Shown: positions 56,031-64,000 of the stretch, one piece after another | How positions within the stretch are numbered: position 1 is the first letter of the stretch | How the letters are laid out: every line of letters starts with the position of its first letter | Source of the DNA: Paramecium tetraurelia | Lineage: Eukaryota | Length of the DNA: 64,000 bases | Direction of reading: 5' to 3' | NCBI GenBank assembly: GCA_000165425.1 | Contig: CT868529.1 | Span: 1-64,000, forward strand | Translations under genes and position numbers: made by a program | Notes under the pieces: model-generated | Told to the model about the DNA's origin: nothing | The model's input: the letters and a program-made list of their open reading frames with translations, nothing else | The model's database searches: none

Positions 56031-58734
56031 TCAAATCAACAACATCAATAAACTAACAATCAACAAGGTCACGCTATCAAATATATACTTAAATTGGACA
56101 TCAATCAATCCTCCTGCATTTTCATAACTGTGGATTTGAGTGAATTAAACTTGAAGATAAAAATTAAATAGGAACATTAATTTGAACAGATTATTTGAAT
56201 TCTTCACTACATTCCTATCAATTTAATATTAATACCTTATCTTTCATTCAGCTCTCCGTATTTACATAATTTTGGACCAATATATTTTATAAATATCAAA
56301 CCAATCAAATAGGGTCCCAATAAAAACAGAGTCAAAATTAAAGGATTTAACCATAAATGAAATTCCTTTACACCCACAAAGGCTCTATCCACTTTGATTG
56401 ACGATATTGTGCATCTATTTCCAAAAATGAACCAAGTAATTTGACAAATTAATGATATCATAGCAAAAAATGAGAGCAGTGAAAATTTCACCAAGTTCCT
56501 CCAATGATAGTAGATACAGATAAAAATTAATATTTCATATGAGTATATGGCTAACCCATACTTATCAGAGACTACTATACAAGAAAGCATCAAAAATATT
56601 GGATCCTTTGAAAAATAATAGTATATAGAAATGATATAGATGATTTTTGGAATATGCAAGACCACCCATTCCTTATATGGTTAATCCTCCATCTAAGCAT
56701 TCGGATAAATGTAAAAAATATCTATTAAGATTAAACCTGCTTATGCAATTATTTTATCTAAAATTGGACTCTTTTTATGATACATAAACAAACAACCATG
56801 TAAAAATATTACAGGCAAGTATAACATATAAAATGATTAATTTAAAATTTCGTAGTGTTAAAATGTCAAATAAAATTATTCGAAATTTAAAGCAAAGTAA
56901 ATTATAATGGCGCTTATACATGAGATGATAACGTCTTTTACTTTAAATAATGTTGATGAATCTTCTTAAGTGTCAATTAATCTTGATATAAAATTAAATA
57001 TGCCAATTACTGAGCTTAACACTATTAGTTGAATAATTTCATTATAGAGATACCTCTCTTCAAACTTTTTTTGTTGAATTGATAATAATAAGTTGCCTTG
57101 AAGGAATATTTTGTAAAGGAAAAAGAAAAACACTGCAGTTTAAAGCAATTTTGAGAAGCGATTATTTAATTTAATGGAATCTGGTGTTTCAATTAAATCC
57201 CATTAGTATTAATTCAAATTTTAAATGTGATTTTTTTTGACTTTTAATAATAAACCAAAATCGATATAAGCAATCAGCACAATAAGGAGGAATGTTATTA
57301 GGATTTCTAGTTCATATAATAGAAATAAAAAGATTGATAATATTGCTAAGACTATAGATGATTTTTTATTATTTTATAAGACATGCTTAAAAGCAGCAGT
57401 AATTTATTGTATTGTTATGAGATCATCGTTTTATTAGGCTTAAAATAATATCACCATAACAAGAATGAAGAATACGACAATCAAACCTTGAAGCACAAAA
57501 CTCAAATTGAGTAAAGGAATATCATATTCATTCCATATTTTACGTGAAACAGCCTAGATATCATTCATAAGAATTAAAGCATCTTTGCAAGTCTTAACTT
57601 CTGAGTATTGAGTTTGCCATTAGCTTTTTTAAAAATAACTAAACTTGCCTTATCGACTGTGTACAGTTTCAACAAAATGCCATACTTACTTTAGATTATT
57701 AAGACAATGCTCTTCACTATTAAAAAATTCATTCATAAGGTAGCCAAGATTACTGAAAGGTATTGGAACTCCTAAGAGAGTGGCTAGAGTTGGTACAATA
57801 TCAATTTAGCTGATTTTCCTAATATATTCAGTTTAGTTGATTAAAGGAGATTGATAATTATCTTATAGTTCAGGAATGTGTTTCATATAATTGGGATAAA
57901 ACTTTCCTTATTTCCTAGTTGCAAAAAATAAAGTGTTGGTTTCTTCAGTGCTATTTCCACCATGATTGCCATCATTTGCCATTCCATGATCACCAGCAAC
58001 TATTAAAACAGTATCATTTGGCATTTTCTCGTATATGAGTGCAATGATCTGGTCTAATTGACTTAATTTTTAATTTAGATCAGGATTATTTAATACTTTA
58101 TTATTTTTGTGACCTGCATGATCCAATCCCAGAAAATGGGATACTATTAAATCAAATCCTTTATCCAAATTCTCAAGTATTTTATCACAATTAAACTGAT
58201 CTACAGAATGCATATCTCCTATGTTGAATGATTTCTGAGGGAATTTGACTGTAAATTAATCAGGATAGAGTCCTATCCAAGTATCATCTCCAGAAAAGAG
58301 AGTCTTCTTATTAAATTTGTTCATTTGAAACATTATATTGTCTTCTTTAATCTTGGATGGATTTATAAAGAGATTAATACTTCTGAAGCATGGAAATTGT
58401 CCAATAATTTGGATAAAGGGGGGAAATTGCCGCTTGTCATAGCTTACAATCTTGGACCTGTAACTGTAGGGACTTCAGCAAAAGATAAAAAAAACAGGGA
58501 TTAATCTGGCTTGTTTTCAGTCATATTTTTGAAAAATGTGAAATGTTGACTCACTGCTAAATCAATACGGAATGAATCAATGATCAAAAATATTACGGGT
58601 TACGTCGGTTTCATCTTTCCTTCAGTTGTATCCAATAAGTATCTACGATCTATGAAATATCCTCTAAAAAATAAAAGTAATCCAAGCAAGTAGAAGATCA
58701 CAAGATTGATTATCAAGCACTTTGTTTATTTCAT
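56031..58734 (-). CDS. GPI ethanolamine-phosphate transferase (PIG-O/GPI13 family)
   Basis: IIDSFRID, PTVTGPRL, GDDTW, HFLGLDHAGH, GDHGMANDGNHGG and QIDIVPTLATLLGVPIPFSNLG, then a multi-TM C-terminus with FGNRCTISSI..AFVG. Confidence 0.9.
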
Positions 58735-58834
58735 TTTAAATTTAATATTAAAAAAACAATAATATTTGTATAAGAATTAAGTTGGATTCAAATCAACAAC
58801 ATTTATAACATATTTATAATAATGTACTAAACTC

Positions 58835-59451
<617 letters not shown>

Positions 59452-62400
59452 TGAATAATATATATATTTTAATTTATTTTAAATCTAATTTCAAATTTAA
59501 TTATCCCTAATCACTTGGAGAACATTGTATTCATTATATTGACATATCAGTCTGAATCTACATATTAGAAATATCAGCCATTTCCTGCTCCTCTAAATTT
59601 TTGAAGGATTTTAGGGAATATTCAAATTATTTGCATATTAACTCAAATTATAATTATACATAATGTATATCATTTTTAAATTATATCCACATTTTAAATT
59701 TTATATATTTTCCATAAACTTTAGACTAACATTTAACATGCATTTATAATTGGTTTTTCTCAAAGAATTTCTGATATTCTTAATAAATATAAAATAGTAT
59801 GCCGACTTTAATTCTTGATTTGATAAAAATTTATTATTCAACCCAGTATTTTTACAATTATCAGAAGAAAAATTCCAATTAAATACATATAAATCTACTA
59901 GAGATGGTAAATTATAAGAAATATTTCTTTCTGTTGTTAGTTTATTCAAAATATAATGTATTTAGATAACTTCAATCTTGATGTCATATCATCTTAATAT
60001 ATACTTATGATGAATTTTTATAATAATATGTTATAAAATCATCCTATTTTGAGGTAATGGAGGTTAATTTGATTTTTAAGAGCTAATATTTCTTTTTAAA
60101 AATTTATTCCATGCATATTATATTTTTTGTATTGTAACCATCTAATAAGAATTTGAATTTATTTAATAATTATTCTTGCAAGACTTAAATAATTCGAATC
60201 ATCCTCTTTATATTTGATATGAAAATTTCCTAAACTAATAGGTATCTTTATATCTTTGTCATTCTTTGCTGTTAAAATCTTGTCTTATTCATTTAAAAAT
60301 ATCAAACTTCTATTTTTTATTGTTTACATACTCCTACCATTATTTCTTACTCAATATCCGAACCGATTCATTATTTTAATGTTTGCAAGAAATTAAAAAA
60401 TGCATCACCTGGATCAACCTAGTGGAATATTTCAAGCAAACACCCAAATTATTCTAAAATACTTGTAAAGATTAATGAAGACTCTTATCAATTGTAATTA
60501 TATAGCATAACCTCTCATTAATTTATCATTCAGTGATTCTTTTAAGATAACAATGAAAATTACTCCTTAAAAACGAATTCTTGAAGGGAATGATCCAGAT
60601 TAATGAATGAATACATAGAATTCCGAATAAAATAACATAACTATAAATTCATATACTAGGTTTGGAACCTTTCAGCTTATGGAAATAAATTGTTGAGTAG
60701 TACTTCTTCTTCTCATAATGGTACTTTTAACTAACTAATATTTCCAGGAACATACGTATTGACTATATTTTAATTTCCCCCCATTAGTAGATTTACATTT
60801 TTCTAGCTCCTTAGCCTTTTATTTGGTATTAATATTCTTTGTCTTTCAGATCAGGATCTAAGATTATTGGCTTTTGCTATTTTCTAATATGACAACCCAT
60901 AAGAGTAAGTTTTCTAATGATAATAATAAATAAGATTTATTGATTAACAATATAAATTTCCATTATGTATTGTAAATAATGCATAATTTTTAGTTCTAAT
61001 TTTTCTAAATTTCAAAAGAATCTCTCTAAGAAATTATTTGCTAATGTCCAAAATTGAATCTCAAAGTCAAAGTCAAAAATCAAACAACTTTCTTTGATAA
61101 AATTTAAATTGAAAAATATCTTCTTATTTCGATATCCAATTATATTCTTACTTAGTGGTTGACTTGATGATATAGAATATCTCTAGAATAATAATTTTTG
61201 GATCAAATCAAAAAATCAATCGCTAAAAATGTTTAAAACTATAAAACATACAAGAAATTTAATTAAAAATTATTGAGATTATATAAAATTAAAATCAGTT
61301 AATTATCTTCTAAATCTTTAAAATACATGGTGCCTTTTATCATTCTAAGGAAACCTTTATTGAAAGAAATTTAGGAATGCTAACCTAATAAAAAACTGAA
61401 TTTTTTATAAGATTTTGGGCTACTAACTAATAAATAACTTAAAAATAAGTTCAAAAAACTTTGTATATTTTGTATTTGGCAACTTTAGAATCTCAGATTC
61501 AATAATAAGAAAACGTAATAACTAAAGAAAGCTAAAAAAAGTGAATAATGTCAGTTATTCAATGTAATCTTGCATTAAATTGAATATCAAAATAAGAATA
61601 TTCCTTTCAAAAATTTAATAATAATTTTTATATAACAGATAATCAATATAATAAACTACTGTTTAAATTTAAATAATCCAGATTTATATAATAAACAATG
61701 TAGAAATTGTAGAACTTAAAGAAAGTCTTAATTCGTCTAATTAAAAAAAAAACAATAAACCAGACCTTAGTGTCTTATCCTATTGAATTGATAATGATGT
61801 TTTGATTTTCAATTATAAATATTAATGTACATATATGGACATTATACAATCTTTATATAAAAAAATGAAAAATAATTAGTTTCATGATTCAAATTTTCCT
61901 AATCAAACCTAGAATCATTTATTATCCCTAATAAATAAATATTGATGACAATATAAAATATATTTCAATTAATTCACTCTATTCCTTTGTGATCGTTTAA
62001 TATATGCAGTGGAAATAAAATTAAGTTGAGTCAGGTAAATAATAAAGTCAAATTATTCCTATAATCCCAGAAATGGGCTATATCTGATCAACCTCAATCA
62101 TACAATTCTCATCTATTAGTACTAGAGAACAAAAAATAATATTTTTTTAAATATCTATATAACCATCATCAAATTCTGTTAAGGTAATAAAAATTATTCC
62201 ATAATAATAGGTTATGCTCATATTAAAATGAGCTTACTATATTTCAAACTGGTTGAATATAGCTTACAAAAATGTATTATTTCGTTCAACAAATATACAA
62301 AAAGAATCCACCAATAGAAACTTTGATATATATACTTAATACTGAAATTTGATATCCTGCCTTAGAAAAGATTAAATAAATTTAAAACAACACAAATTCT

Positions 62401-62892
62401 AAAAACTAAAATGAAAGCTTAGAATTTTTTATCACAAAATTATTAGTTTAATAAAATTTCATGCCTCCACTTTTGATTTGGGCTCTAAAGGCTCTCCATT
62501 AATTTTAAAGGTTATATTATTTTGTATTAAATTGATAATTTAAATCATGCAATTTTTTAATAATATGTAATTTAAATTACAATCATTTATTGCTTAAGAT
62601 TCTCATTCAGCATAAAATGGTGTGTGTTCTAAGTAAGTGCGGATTAAATTGATTGTATTATCAAATTGATAATGAATGAATTAAATAAAAAGGAACTGCT
62701 TTGATTAATTAATTTATATTAGAGTTTAATAAAAATTATTTAATTTAAGTTAAATAGTTTATATTAAGCTGTTAAAAAACAAAGGATTTAATCCGCTTTT
62801 GTTAGAAGTTGGTTGGATTGAGAAAGCATAGTTTTTAAGCAAAAAATAAATATATAATAAAATAATTATAAGTATAGAAAGTAGATGTATGT

Positions 62893-63453
62893 TCAAATTT
62901 GGTAGTAATTATTAGGGAGTTAGGGTAGTTCTATAGTGTCTTTGATTGACTCGAAATTGTTGGGATTGTTGGATTAATGATCAATCTTCTTTTCATTTAA
63001 TAGATATGATAACATGCTCCCTGGTGGTTAAACTTCTTCTCCGTTATTAGTTTCTAATGGTTAATGCTTTTTGAGCAAGAATGAGTTTGTATTTTGAGGG
63101 GAACCTAGGTACTCCTCATTAATGAAAATTATGTAAATTTTTTTTTTGATTTTTTTCTTTATACCTAAGACTTTCTTTGCCTTCATTTCAGCTATCCAGC
63201 GTTTGTAGATTTCGAAATACGTTGGTATTTAAGTTGATTTCTCTCTATTTTATTTGTTATTGCAAAAATGAGATGTCGGTGTTTTAAATTCGAGAACATA
63301 GAAGGGGGTGGGTTGATTATAATGATATATAAATTGAGTATATATGTAATAATAGGAAATTATAAAATGCTAGATTTCTGATTTCAATTTAAAAGTAAAA
63401 GAGCAATTAATAGCAGGTTAAAAAAGAAAGCAGAGAGGATATGAGACTAGCAT
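62893..63453 (-). CDS. Hypothetical protein
   Basis: 561-nt code-6 ORF from ATG to TGA. Start uncertain, no family recognised. Confidence 0.4.
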
Positions 63454-63667
63454 AGATGAAATACAGAAAGTGTTTGTATTGTTTATTATTATATATGAAA
63501 AATTAATGAATTGTATTTGTAAGTCCTTGATTATTCTGATCATTCCAAAGATTGCGAATATGATTTTAGAATGTAATGATGGAATTTAGAAATTAATTAA
63601 TAATTAAGGTCATGGATTTTATCATCGAATTTGTATTAAAAGTATTAAAATTGTGATTAAAATCAAT

Positions 63668-64000
63668 ATGTAATAATAATAAAAGAAACAAAGTTGGATT
63701 CAACAATTATTCTGTGGATGCGTTCGAGAAGAACCTCTTCATTAGGATTAGAAAATACAACGTTTGTCAAGCAAAATGGAAATTCAGAAGCAGAAGCCGA
63801 TGAATCTAATTTCCATGTAATAATAGTCTGAAGGGTGGTTGAATAAGACCACATCTCAGGAAGTGGATTACTCAGCAGATATAGAAAAGGATGTGGATTC
63901 AGATGAGGATCATGATAAGGTTTATAAAAGACAACTTTCATATTTGGAGTAAAATTCTCAGCTTCAAAAGACAAGTTTTTCTGATGTAAATATTATGGAA
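63668..64000 (+). CDS. 5' end of a gene running off the window (partial)
   Basis: MQQQQKKQSWIQQLFCGCVREE.. stays open to the window end under code 6. Confidence 0.7.

Noticed and set aside
63663..63974. Supplied 103-aa minus-strand ORF
   Set aside because: The plus strand has an ATG-initiated, typical-composition code-6 frame from 63668 to the window end.

Overview
This is eukaryotic, very AT-rich, gene-dense DNA from a ciliate macronuclear genome, most likely Paramecium. TAA and TAG encode Gln, TGA is the only stop, genes carry tiny (~20-30 nt) GT..AG introns, and some intergenic gaps are under 50 nt. The supplied ORF track uses the wrong genetic code, so most of its ORFs are fragments or antisense shadows. 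Re-read by eye with code 6, the window holds about 36 protein-coding loci and one tRNA-Arg(UCG). They include RPL3, RPL27, RPL6, PIG-O-type GPI transferase, Dopey, CNOT11, CIA2/FAM96, V-ATPase subunit e, a CHMP6/Vps20-like protein, a PX sorting nexin, an RBR E3 ligase, a fidgetin/spastin AAA ATPase, a CNBD K+ channel, an AGC kinase, and Myb, HTH and CCCH regulators. The most notable items are: (1) an intact but catalytically dead otubain-like pseudo-deubiquitinase with an active, probably membrane-anchored paralog 21 kb away that shares its intron position; (2) an S-adenosylhomocysteine hydrolase pseudogene with at least 4 frameshifts and a TA-bounded AT-rich block replacing part of the NAD-binding fold; (3) a frameshifted dual-specificity phosphatase pseudogene; (4) shared upstream motifs and hairpins before the RPL3, RPL6 and SAHH loci. 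I found no CRISPR array, intact transposon or clearly new multi-gene system. Coordinates were read manually and may be off by a few bases.
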